Position numbers and translations under genes: made by a program
DNA from: Haliotis rubra
Taxonomy: Eukaryota
Reading direction: 5' to 3'
DNA: 64,000 nucleotides
Assembly (NCBI RefSeq): GCF_003918875.1
Contig: NW_025767120.1
Coordinates: 868,001 to 932,000 of the forward strand
Shown: positions 39,701 to 51,200 of the stretch, in pieces
Numbering within the stretch: position 1 is the stretch's first letter
Layout: every line of letters begins with the position of its first letter
The notes under the pieces: model-generated
Databases searched by the model: none
The model's input: the letters and a program-made list of their open reading frames with translations, nothing else
Told to the model about the DNA's origin: nothing

Positions 39701-41869
39701 ACAATCCATGTCAGACTTCATAGGTATGCAGAAGTCTTAAGGTATCTGTATACATACATCTTAAATATTTTTTAGGTGAGGTGAGCTGAAATTGGGTTTA
39801 ACGTCGTGCTTGAGAATATTTCGCTCATATGACGACGTGCATGCCGTGTATGTGTATGTGCGGCTGCTTGTACTAGCCCAGACTTAAGCTGGTTTTATAG
39901 TGCTAGCCCACTGAGATATCATGCCGTAGTGAAGCATGAATACCCCACTCAGACACATTATACTGACTCCGAGCCGACCAGTCCTTGCTGTACCCATTAA
40001 CGCCGAGCACCAGGCAGGGACCAACAAGTACCATATTTTAACGTATTTTGGTATAACGCGGTCGGGGATCGAACCCGCGACCTTCCGCTCTCCAAGCCGA
40101 CGCTCTAACCACTTCGCCACGGAGGCGGTCAAATATTTTTTTTGGAGCAATGGTAACTTTTGGTGGACAAATTAATAAACCTGACACTTAGTACATCGAA
40201 TCCCACATTCAATATGCAATGTTGTGGAAATAGATGTGTATCATACAGTTTTATCCAGATGAAAATATAGACAATGAAAAGTGGTGGCTGCATCATAACT
40301 ATAAAGGAAAACATTGCAGGCTGTTCCATGACACACACCCAACCCACTCCAACCCCACCACCCATCCCACAAATTCTCCCAAACCACTATGATGCAACCT
40401 TCACATCGATCACACTCACGGCAACATCACTGACAGTGATGTTACCCCTTCCTGTGCAACATCTGTACGCTTCCAAAGGTACGCTTTCACTTGAGACAAT
40501 CCTGTTCCACTTCGTCTTGCTTAACCTCGTATATCTGCGAACCCATTGTAAACCATTGAACAGGATGGAATTGCATCGTGAAATTGATTATTGTCTTGTA
40601 CCTGTCATGTGATTTGATGTGTTTCAATGTACTCATCTGTCCACACATGCTGGTTGTTCCAGGGACCAAGAAGTTCCTGATGGGGGACGAGCCCTGTGAG
40701 ACGGACTGCACAGTGTTCGGTATGCTGTCACAGGTTTACTGGCAGTTCACGGGCACTGGATACGAGAACATCCTCAAGGGCAAGTACCTTTAGTTATCTC
40801 ATCCATCTACCTTGAGTGCAAATTACCTACTTTGGGGTGTGGTGATGTATGTTCATGCAATGAAGAAATTAGAAGAATATTTTGATTTCGGAAGTTAATC
40901 TTAAAGAATACTGATTTGAACTATTATCTGATGTAAACCATGATATGGTTAATGCATATTTTCTCTGCTATTACAAATAGTTTAGTCAGTTTCACTTGTT
41001 TAAAATGTTTGGTCAGAATGACCAGTGAATCCTACCATTGTGCATGCAACATGAATAACAAATGAGCAACCAAGCCATTAAACATGTTGAAATATGCCGT
41101 TTTTGCGATATAATCTGAGCTCTCATTAGTCTGAGCATTTGCTTATTTATTTCTTGCTTGGACCAGGTCATGTCCAATATTAGGAACCAAATCAAAGTCT
41201 CTGTTGATAGGTGAACATTGTGTTATATATATGTAAGATTCTTTCAATGCATACATTAAAGTAATACCCTGTACCGAGCTCAAAACATCGCAGAAAACTG
41301 TTAACATAGGGTACATAATGTACTCCTACGTTTTTCACATAACAACTGCATTTACAAATTTTTGGTCGAAAAGGCCTTTAAACCATACTTTAACCCAGTC
41401 TCCTACATTGAAGCATATCTGTCATCTTATGCATGCATAAAAGTGAACATCAACAAAATCGACATAACAAAGATTTATCCTAACTTGTTACAGCTGTCAT
41501 CATATCATTACCTGGATGAGAGATGATGTGTATGTCTTTCCATTGGATTGAAGTTTTCGATTTCAGGCTGATTCGACTTCACTGATAATAAAAACAATCG
41601 CAACAAAATGTATTTACCAACCTACCTTTCATTACATTGAGCGTTTAACATCCCAGTCTCCCAGAATTTAGCTTAAATTCAAATGATCTAGTTTACATAT
41701 GAATTAATGTTATCATTTGTTGTTAATACGTGTTGCTTATGATCTCTCCCTTTTTTTCGTAGACAAATACCCCAACCTGGCCGCCTACTGTGAACGTATG
41801 AAGGAAACATTCTGGCCTGACTGGGACCAGTGCATCACACACGGTGGAACAAGGGAGGCAACAAAGTAA
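36740..41869 (+). CDS. FAXC: FAXC-like type B, copy E (single +1 A frameshift in exon 4; pseudogene or assembly error)
   Basis: Exons 36740-36858, 37544-37682, 38071-38267, 39523-39723 (201 nt; A6 at 39626-39631 versus A5 in F), 40663-40779, 41763-41869. Confidence 0.82.
38307..39072. mobile_element. hAT-like MITE (8-bp TSD) in intron 3 of copy E
   Basis: TSD ctgtccac / ctgtccat. Subterminal aaaccggtat repeats. Absent in the paralogs. Confidence 0.65.
39775..40130 (-). mobile_element. V-domain-type SINE, family 3 (other copies ~11420-11692, 21670-21945, 53885-54150)
   Basis: tRNA head followed by taccaaaa.acgttaaaatatggtacttg..ccctgcctgg.gctcggc.ttaa, resembling the V-SINE core. Confidence 0.75.
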
Positions 41870-43263
41870 TTTATCCAGAAAACTGTGATGGCCGTTTAAT
41901 GTGTGCTTCGTAATAAAATAAAGCTCTTTGGAAACTGGGTAATAATCATTCATTACTATCCTCGAACGGAATTAGTAGCTCAGCATACTCGCAATGTTTG
42001 TTGATATGCTTAGGTTGTTAAATGAATTCATATTCTCTTTTGTGCACCAGTGAGAGTTTGGGTTGCTGTTGCTATTTTTTCTCTTCTTTTTTTTAGTGTG
42101 TGTGTATGTTTTGGTCGCTAAAGGAGAGGTTGACTGAAGGGGGGTCGAACAGCTTTGTTTGAAATATAAAATGTAGTGTTATGTTCTTAGTTCTTAGTGG
42201 TTCTGTTGCTGCTTGTTGGAATCTACAATGAGTATGTATTTTATGTTTGTTTCTTTGTGTTTTATTATATTTCATGTTTGTTTGTGTTTTGTTTTGTTTC
42301 GTTTGCTTGTTAATTTGCCATGGTCGGTGAGAGAGTGACTGAAAGGGTGGGGGGTGGGTGGGGGCGTAGAAGAAGGGGCATGAATATAATTTGGACATTC
42401 TTGTGCCCCTCACTATAAAAACTCGATATTGCCATAAGCGGCCATAAACATACTGATTCATTACTTTCATTTTCATGTACATGTTGTGTGTTTGAAATGC
42501 GAATAGCTTCTTTTACAATAAATTTTACCATAATGTTATCAGTTCTTCGTTGTGCTACCCTGCTTGTTGAAAACCAGTTATGGAGTTTTTATGTGCTTGC
42601 TGTTAAACGACATACGCATTAACCATGAACACTCAAACTAGTGAATCACATACTAGTGATTGATGTTATGAGCAACGTCCTGAACCGCCACTTCACACCA
42701 CGGAGGCGGTCTTGATCATTAAGGACAAGGTATTTATGATAGACTTGTTTATATATGATAATCTCATGTAAAACCCAGCGGTTAAAGCATTTGTTCGTCA
42801 GGTAGAAAACCTGGATGGGATTCCCACATGGGTACAATGCATGAAGCCATTTTCTGGTGTCCCCTACTGTGTTGGAATGTTGATGAAAACAGTGTAAAAG
42901 CATAAACACTCACTGCCTCACCGAGATATGTAAATATTCATGTTTAAATAGCTCTTGTATTCACAACATCATCAACATTGTTATCACGAATCTCTTTCTC
43001 TTTATTGCATGGTGCTCAAAGACTCAAAGTCAAAATAGTTGGCTAAAAATACAAACTGTTTCTATGTAAATCATTTAACTGGAATGCATGATCAATTATG
43101 GTGTTGAATTATGCTTTAGTAGTAGCACACCGACCACGGAACACCAAATTATACCCTGCATGTCGTATAATGACTATAGAAATATGCTTAATGTATATAT
43201 TTAAGAACTTTGTAACCAAAACACAACTATCAGCTGTACATTGATCTATTACGATATTTACAG

Positions 43264-43310
43264 AGAGACAAGGGTGAAAATCTATCCTCGAGATATGGTG
43301 ATCCATCATC
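43264..43310 (+). pseudogene. Orphan truncated type-B exon 2 with upstream intron-1 homology
   Basis: acag|agagacaagggtgaaaatctatcctcgagatatggtgatccatcatc matches the exon 2 start. 43050-43263 matches the 3' part of intron 1. Confidence 0.75.
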
Positions 43311-43548
43311 CAAGGTTTAATTTTTCAATTAAGCTTTGGATAAGTCCCTAATCCCGTTCCACCATTGTGTATACTACTACTGAGGTGCAAGCAAAATTTG
43401 ATGAAACTCGGTCAAATAGTTTCTGAAATATTGACTTTTAAGTGAGCATGGGGTCGGTCGGGAAAAAGGCTCGGGTCGCCTAGGGGGTGGTTGCTCCTCC
43501 GAGCGCTGTGGGCGGACGAGTCGCAGTGCGTGCGCGTGTGCGTGTGGC

Positions 43549-45009
43549 CATTTACTAATGTATTTTTAAGAAACGTCTGTTGGTTCCTGTATAATATATG
43601 TGTATGCATAAAGCCTCGCTGTCTGGACACCCCTCCTCCCAAACAACAAAAAACCTACTTTTGTATGTTATCTGTATTTAAACGTAAAGTATCAGAAATT
43701 GAATAACTGATATATTTAAAACATATTTAAAACATTCAAACATCAGGAATTCCTTTCAATCTGGGCGCGCCAGACTACAGTCAACAAAACTGAAGACAGA
43801 AGAGCGAATATATCCCGAATATGGCAACCAAACAGGAGAATAGTAATATAAACTCAGGTGCGTGTGTCTCTCTCGGCTCGGTGTACGGGTGGCTGGCTGG
43901 CTACATTAAGCAGAAAATAGGCATGCAAGACTAATAAAACTCATGACGAGAAACTATCATCACACTCTGGCGGCCCGTCTTTCAAGTAGTACAAGTTCGG
44001 TTCGCCGTCTTTGATGTTGTCCAGGTCGATGTTGTACGTTTTCAGGGACCATATCGGATCGGTGCAGCGTTTTCTGCTGTCTCCCTCGTATTCGCCCGGC
44101 TGGTATAAGTACCAAACGCTGACACGGTCCGGTAATGTTTCATATTGATGGCTTCGACAGGTCTTTTGCCGACGAGTCTGGCGACTTCGTTGTTGATGAC
44201 ATCCACCACTCGTGGCAAGCGTACAACCCATTCTGTACTTCTGTTTCCGAGATCGATTAAATCCTGATAGTATTGGTGCGAGATGAATTTGGTATCGTTT
44301 CAGGTATCGTTTTCATTCCTTATAACAAACGTTTACAAACACATATTTGGGGTCCGTTTGCGCGCAGTACACAACAACCACGACATGATGAACGGGATTC
44401 AAACATAGGAATTGTCTCAATGACGATTTCTGTCAGAATATATCCAAACAAAAAGCTGAAAACGTCTGTGCGTATCTCTTTTTGAGGAGTGTATGTCCGT
44501 AACTTCTTCTGTTTTCCAAACGGCGGCAAACGGTAACGGAATATGTGTTGGCTTTGTTTTTACTTCTGATGTCAGACCGGACTCGATATATCTCAAAATG
44601 AGTTATGAGTTTTGGAATAAAATCACCCATTCAAGATATCGGTAAAATTACTTTTGTAATGGGGGAATTGGTATTGACATTTACTAATGTATTTTTAAGA
44701 AACATCTGTTGGTTCCTGTATAATATATGTGTATGCATAAAGCCTCGCTGTCTGGACACACACACCCACACCCACCCACCCCCCTCCTCCCAAACAACAA
44801 AAACCTACTTTTGCATGTTATCTGTATTTAAACGTAAAGTATCAGAAATTGAATAACTGATATATTTAAAACATATTTAAAACATTCAAACATCAGGAAT
44901 TCCTTTCAATCTGGGCGCGCCAGACTACAGTCAACAAAACTGAAGACAGAAGAGCGAATATATCCCGAATATGGCAACCAAACAGGAGAATAGTAATATA
45001 AACTCAGGT
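43549..45009. repeat. About 310-bp direct repeats (43549-43859 and 44678-45009) flanking the integrase-bearing insert
   Basis: Near-identical catttactaatg...aactcaggt. Confidence 0.9.
43965..44255 (-). mobile_element. Maverick/Polinton-type retroviral-like integrase C-terminal fragment
   Basis: One frame gives RSTEWVVRLPRVVDVINNEVARLVGKRPVEAIN (end of the rve core). After a frameshift it reads YLYQPGEYEGDSRKRCTDPIWSLKTY..EPNLYYLKDGP. Confidence 0.68.
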
Positions 45010-45277
45010 AATAATCCTGTAACGACATTTAACCATATCTGACCTACATTACGCTGTATTTCAGAATATATACCACTTTGACAGAAACAAATAATTCTAT
45101 TTTAATTGAAAAGGAGCCACAGTGAGATTGGAGATTCAGAACTATATATCTGACCAGAAGCTTAAACAAGCCTCTGACAACCAGCCGACAGTCCAAAGTC
45201 CTCAACACTCGTAGTGAATGTTATTGAGGACAGATTGTGCAACACAGCGAAATGCACAGTGACACACAGAGCAAACT

Positions 45278-48200
45278 ATGGAGAGTATCATGGATACCTT
45301 CACCCACATGGACACATCACAGAAAGTACTGTATGTAATGGGAGGTGCTGTCGTAGCCATCGTAACGGTCGTTGGCCTGAGAAAACTATGTTTCAAGTGA
45401 GTTATCACGTGTGAATATCTAATAAAGAGAGACTCAGTATGTGGCTAGATTCAGTTGTCTGAGGCGCCTCGATTCGTTCTGCAGTGCGTCGTACCGTACA
45501 GAGTGTCGTACCGTACAGAGTGTCGTACACTGAAACCGATGAACGTGGGCTCGAATACAGGTGCGCCCTTGCCAGGTTTGTGAGCACTATAGCCGTGCTC
45601 GAAGTGTCACAGAAATGTTGCATGTCTGAGATCAACATTTCTGTGTTTCCTCCCACTAAGAGCTGAAACGCCTTTATTTACGTGCAATGTTGTTGAAATC
45701 GGCGTTAAGCCTAAATCACTCCTGCAATCAAATTACAAACTAGAGAAGTCATGAAATAGGATGGTGCAAGAATGGGACTGTTTTATTTCATGAAATGTCC
45801 TTGTCTTTTTAAGAGATTTCTTTGCTATGGTTAATGGTATCAGACTGCATTCCGTATATCAATCAGTAATTTCAGTCCTTAAAGGTCACATGCAACGTAA
45901 AACACAACTTTGCAGATTCTGATAACTTTCGGTTTGGACTTAGCGAAACAAATCATCAAAAAGGCAAATTCAACTTATAAAGTTGAAAAATAACCCGATG
46001 AAAAAAAACGCGCGAAATCGGAGTTCGAACGATTCACCAATTCCCCCGAAAATTTCTGGGGAAAACGGGTTTCAAAGGCTGGGCTGCGCTCATAGCACGT
46101 GCGCAGTGAAATAGATTCGCGCAACTTGGAAGCGGGCTGTCCGGTGAATACTCGGTGAAGGCTTTGGTGTGAGCTATTTTCCCAAATGTTTTGTTAATAT
46201 CTCACAGGCGCGAGCGTTTTATATGTTATGACAGTAAATAAACTGTTTATATAATTGCATTTGTCTATTTCACCACACGTTCTTCTTACCGAGTCACTTT
46301 CTCAGTTCGATACTTAAAAGTAATGTCATTATTTAGCGTTGACAGAATTTCTAACTGTGATATAGATATGTCGTTGTCACATACAAAACTCAATGACACC
46401 TGTGTGTCCGCCTGCCTGTGTGCTAATGACAATATTCAATACACAACTGCGATTCACTGACCGGTTATCTCCCATTTGACAGACACCCATTTGACAGACA
46501 CCCAATTGACAGACACTGAAGTAGAAGGTTAATTAGGGTAACACCTACGGGTATAATGGAACAGTCCACTGTTTAGTGAGTAGAGCAGGGTGAGCCTGAA
46601 ACAGGTTCGTTACTGAGAAGTTTGATTGTAGGTACATAGAACTTTGTTGTGTTTAAATGATAAATGATTTCTCCTCTCAAAATTGTTTTTACTATCAATT
46701 ACTATCGAATATGAAAACAGGTTTGTCACTGAGAGGTTTGATTGTGTTTAGTGATAGAAAAGCCCCCTCCCAATAATAGCATATGTACAACAGAAGTTAA
46801 CTGAGAAAACGTTTTGTGAGAGAGATATAGATATGTACATATTATAAACATTCTGATTTGCAGTAAATGAGACACCTGCATTGCCATGTAAGATACGATT
46901 AATACAAATCAGTGTTCTAATTTTAACAACACTTTCTAAAGATTGTAACAGTTTATGTCTTTGAGTAGTATACGATGGCCATTCAAGGACGTAATGATAA
47001 ACATTCTCACATCCATGGCCACATTGACATGATGCGTCATATTTTAAATATTTATTCTAAATAAATCGTAATTAAGTTCACTCGTCATAGATCTTAATAC
47101 TGTGTGCAAAACATATAACTTCTTTATTCCATATGAATAATATTTAGGTTCACATTTACTTTATTTGATTTATATGATACATCAGTGTCGCAATTTCTAA
47201 TAGCTAAGCTAATGTTTTCAATATAATGATGCCGACTCCCGTTAGACTAGAAGGTTAAACCGAAATGTTTGTGAAAAACTGTTTTCATATTGCAGCAATA
47301 AAAATTCAAATTACTGTCTTTTCGTCCATCTTTCAAAATAAATAATATAGCTTCAGTTTTAATACAAGACAAATCTTATGGATAACAACTTCTTGATTTA
47401 TGTTATCCATAAGATTTGTCTTGTATTACTACACCAACTTCTAAATGCCTTTGAAGAATTTAGCTTCAGTTTGTTCCTGTGCTTTTATTTGGACTATTCC
47501 ATAATAATGTGTAGGTAACAGGTAGTAGATAATCTGTTCACCGAACCATAAATGTTGTTGTTTTAAGGTGTCTGCGAACTGGCTGTCTGCGTAATGGGAG
47601 GACACCTGACCGAGTTCGGTCTCTGTCACATTATGTAATTACACAGACAGACAGGTGTGATACTTGAACACATGACATGTTATGATGTCTGTTGATTGCA
47701 AAATGTTATACACAAATAATGAGCAAGTATTTACAAAACCCAACATCTCTATATATACACACACAATGACCCCTGAGGGCATCTGCAAATGTACCAGCCG
47801 TTAAACTTGGCTGGGTGCGGTATCCCGGCTGCTTCGTTTCTTGGGAAGTAAACCCAAGTACACAATATTGCACTTTTGATTTGCGATTGTACGCTTATAA
47901 TTTTGTATATGTTTTTTCATAACCAGCAATGTATATTATATGTCATGAATAAGTGATAATTGTGTTTTAATTATGTTTGACTTTTTGGTTGCATGTGACC
48001 TTTAAGCTACTAACGTTCGTTGGCGGAAATATTCCATAATCTGCACACGCAGATGTAAATGTGAATGTTTTCACCTTTGCCAAGCATTAGTTTAGGTGGA
48101 ATCAAAACAGAAACTGTTTAACTGTAAATTATGTTAGTGGAATGCCTGATCTATTCATGTGATGCATTATAATGAAAACATTTAGCAGCAGCACACCGAC

Positions 48201-51200
48201 CTCAAAATCACACCCTTGGAGATCCGGGTTAGAATTGGTCATCAGTGACCCATGCTTGTCGTAAGAGGCGACTAATAGGATCAAGCTCGCTGACTTGGTT
48301 GACACATACCAACTGCGTAGATGACCTTCATGCTGTTTGGTCCAGACTCGATTATTTACAGTTCGCCGTCATATAACTTCAATATTGCGGCGTTAAGCAA
48401 CAAACAAACAAACCAACCAGCCAACCATAAAAACATGGAACACTAAATTATACAGTGTATGTCCTACAATATAAATATGCTAAATGTTTATGTCAGCGAC
48501 ATTTGAGAACTTTGAAACCAAAACATAACCATCAGCTGTACATTGATCTATTTGGCCAATAAGTAGGTCACGACACTTCGCGTGACCTTAGCCTTTCCGG
48601 TAACTAACAACGTTTCATATTTGTCATGGTATAAACAGCTATGACAGTCAAGCATAGCTGTACACTTGGTCCGGTCTCGTAAAGTTATATTTGGAACTAG
48701 AACTGGTCCTTCAATATACGCTTGTCACCATTCTCCTACCCAGAGGACCATGCGGCCAGAATAGTATGTTATGCTCACACTCTGGCGCAGTGATGACCTA
48801 CCTGGTTGCACAAAACTCTTGGTAGGAGAGTGTATTATGTGGTTTGTACCAGGAAATTTGGTACGGGAAGTAAGCTTGACATCCTCTCTCATATCGCAAG
48901 TTGTCAAAGGGGAGCCGGGAAACAGCTTAATACCGGTAGTAGCGCCTCGCCTACCCTATTTTGATATTTTACAGAGAGACAAAGGCAAAGAGGGACTATC
49001 CTCGAGATACAGTGATCCATCATCAGATCGGTAGAGGTCCCTATGCCCCAAGCATGACGCCATTTGCTTTGAAGTTGGAGACCTATCTCCGGATGGCTAA
49101 GATACCTTACCAGGTAGGTGAAAGTGTGAGTAAATGAGTGACAACACTGTTGTTTCATGTCGCAGTTCACAATGTTCTCGATGTGTCACGACATATCTGA
49201 ATCTGGTCTAGGTTGTTGACCCCCTGAGCAATGATTCATATCCCTATGACACAAAACAGTCATTCTAATCCCAAGCCACCTAAACTCCTGAAGGAAAAGG
49301 AAAACCAAGTTCTATGGATAATCAACTTCTTTATTGCAATGGGTGCGACGTTTCGGTGTAGGTACTAACACCTTTATCAAGCAGTAGCTTTCGGTGTAGG
49401 TACTAACACCTCTATCAAGCAAGTGAGGCCTCACTTGCTTGATAACGGTGTTAGTACCTACACCGAAACGTCGTACCCATTGCAATAAAGACGTTGACTA
49501 TCCATAGATCTTGGTTTTCCTTCACCTATCCAACTTCTAAAATGCCTCTCAAAGAAGTCACCTAAATTCCTGTTTTGTATAATAATAATACTACAATGTG
49601 TCTGTGATCGTCCACACAGAACGTCCATGGGATGGAAGCTTCATCAAAGGGCAAATTCACTTGGATTGAGTATAATGGGCAGTCGGTAGCGGACTCATCG
49701 CTGTGCATCAAATTCCTCAACAAGAAGCTGGGGGTGGACCTCAACAGGAACCTGAGTGCTACTGACAGAGGAGTAGCTCAGGCGATGCATGCCATGGTGG
49801 AGGATCATCTATACTGGTGAGGGGCAGTCAATTGGTGCCAACTTCTATCTGTCTGTCCATCGTAACCATAACGCCAAACACATTGATATTTTGTATACTC
49901 CTATCTCAGCTGTCTTCAAGCACAGGCAAACTGTAGCTCAAATAGGGTTGCGCAACAAAGAGAAAATGACCAGTCTTCGTATATGCGAGCGAAGCGAGCA
50001 AAGGTTGGCAGTGTGCTTCCCTCGCTTTGGTTCGAAAACTATTTTTCATATCAAAATAAAATATCGCCACCATCAAAGGTAGACACTCATTTCCTAACAG
50101 GGTTGTGCTCTCAGATTTCACACCTTATAATTAATAATTACTCGTGTATAATATATTTAATTCAACACTTTTAAGTCCACTCGTGGCATATCAAATCTTA
50201 CTTCGCCTCCATTACCCCCGCCAGCTTCCGGTTTAACGGAGTGAAGGAACGGGGGACTTAAATCTAAATAAACTCGTTGAATCACATATCCACCATATGG
50301 TTGGTTGGTTTTATAGTTTTAGGGCGGCGTGGGCCAATCAGAGGCGTATTTGCGCCCACATACTTGCGGAGTTACCTCCCTTGCTTCATTCGCCCACTAC
50401 GCCAGAAGTGTTTTTTGTAGAATAAATGTTACGAAAATTCTAACAATAACGAAGGCGGGTAAGAAATTTAATCTCCAAAAGTCTAATGGTAAAATAATAA
50501 ATATTATATTTCTGCGTCTTCTTGTTCCTTCACCCCGGCTGGAGTAATGGAGACGAAGAACGATATGACATGCCACGAGTGGCGCTTAAAATGTTGAATT
50601 AAACATATTGTACGTGAGTAATTATTAAAAATGAGGTTGGAAATCTGAGAGCACAACCCTGATAGGAAATGGGTGTCTACCTTTGATGGTGAAGATATTT
50701 TTATTTTGATATTAAAAATATTTTTAGAACCAAAGCGAGGGAAGTGCGTTGCCAACCTTTGCTCGCTTCGCTCGCATATAGAAATACTGGTTATTTGTCT
50801 CTCTGTTGCGCAGCCCTATTTGCGCTACAGTTTGCCTGTGCTTCAAGATCGATGAGTTTGTTGAACAATAATCCAGATATATGACGGCGATCTGCAAAAT
50901 AATCGTATCAGGACCAGTCAGTCCACCGATTGTCATTATGAGCATCTACGATGATACGATGATCATGACATGCATCCACCTATTTAGCGGGCCTGACAAC
51001 CCTAGATTTCATTAGAACCACTGAAGTCATGAATACGAAGCAGCATCTATCTGGAGAGTGGAAGATCGGTGGTTCAATCCTCTGACCGTGTCATTCGAAA
51101 AGACATAGCATGGTTTGTAACTTCTATTCTGCTTTAGGGGACGAAAGAGTTCACCTCACATCACCGTCTCTAAGATAAGCTGCTAGCAATCCCCGTTGTA

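Larger units (their letters stand above)
49291..49555. mobile_element. Penelope-like fold-back insertion in intron 2 of copy F
   Basis: About 100-bp inverted arms centred on caagtgagg|cctcacttg (49428/9). Degenerate 17-bp TSD agYcacctaaaYtcctg at 49274-49290 and 49556-49572. Absent from the paralogous introns. Confidence 0.7.
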
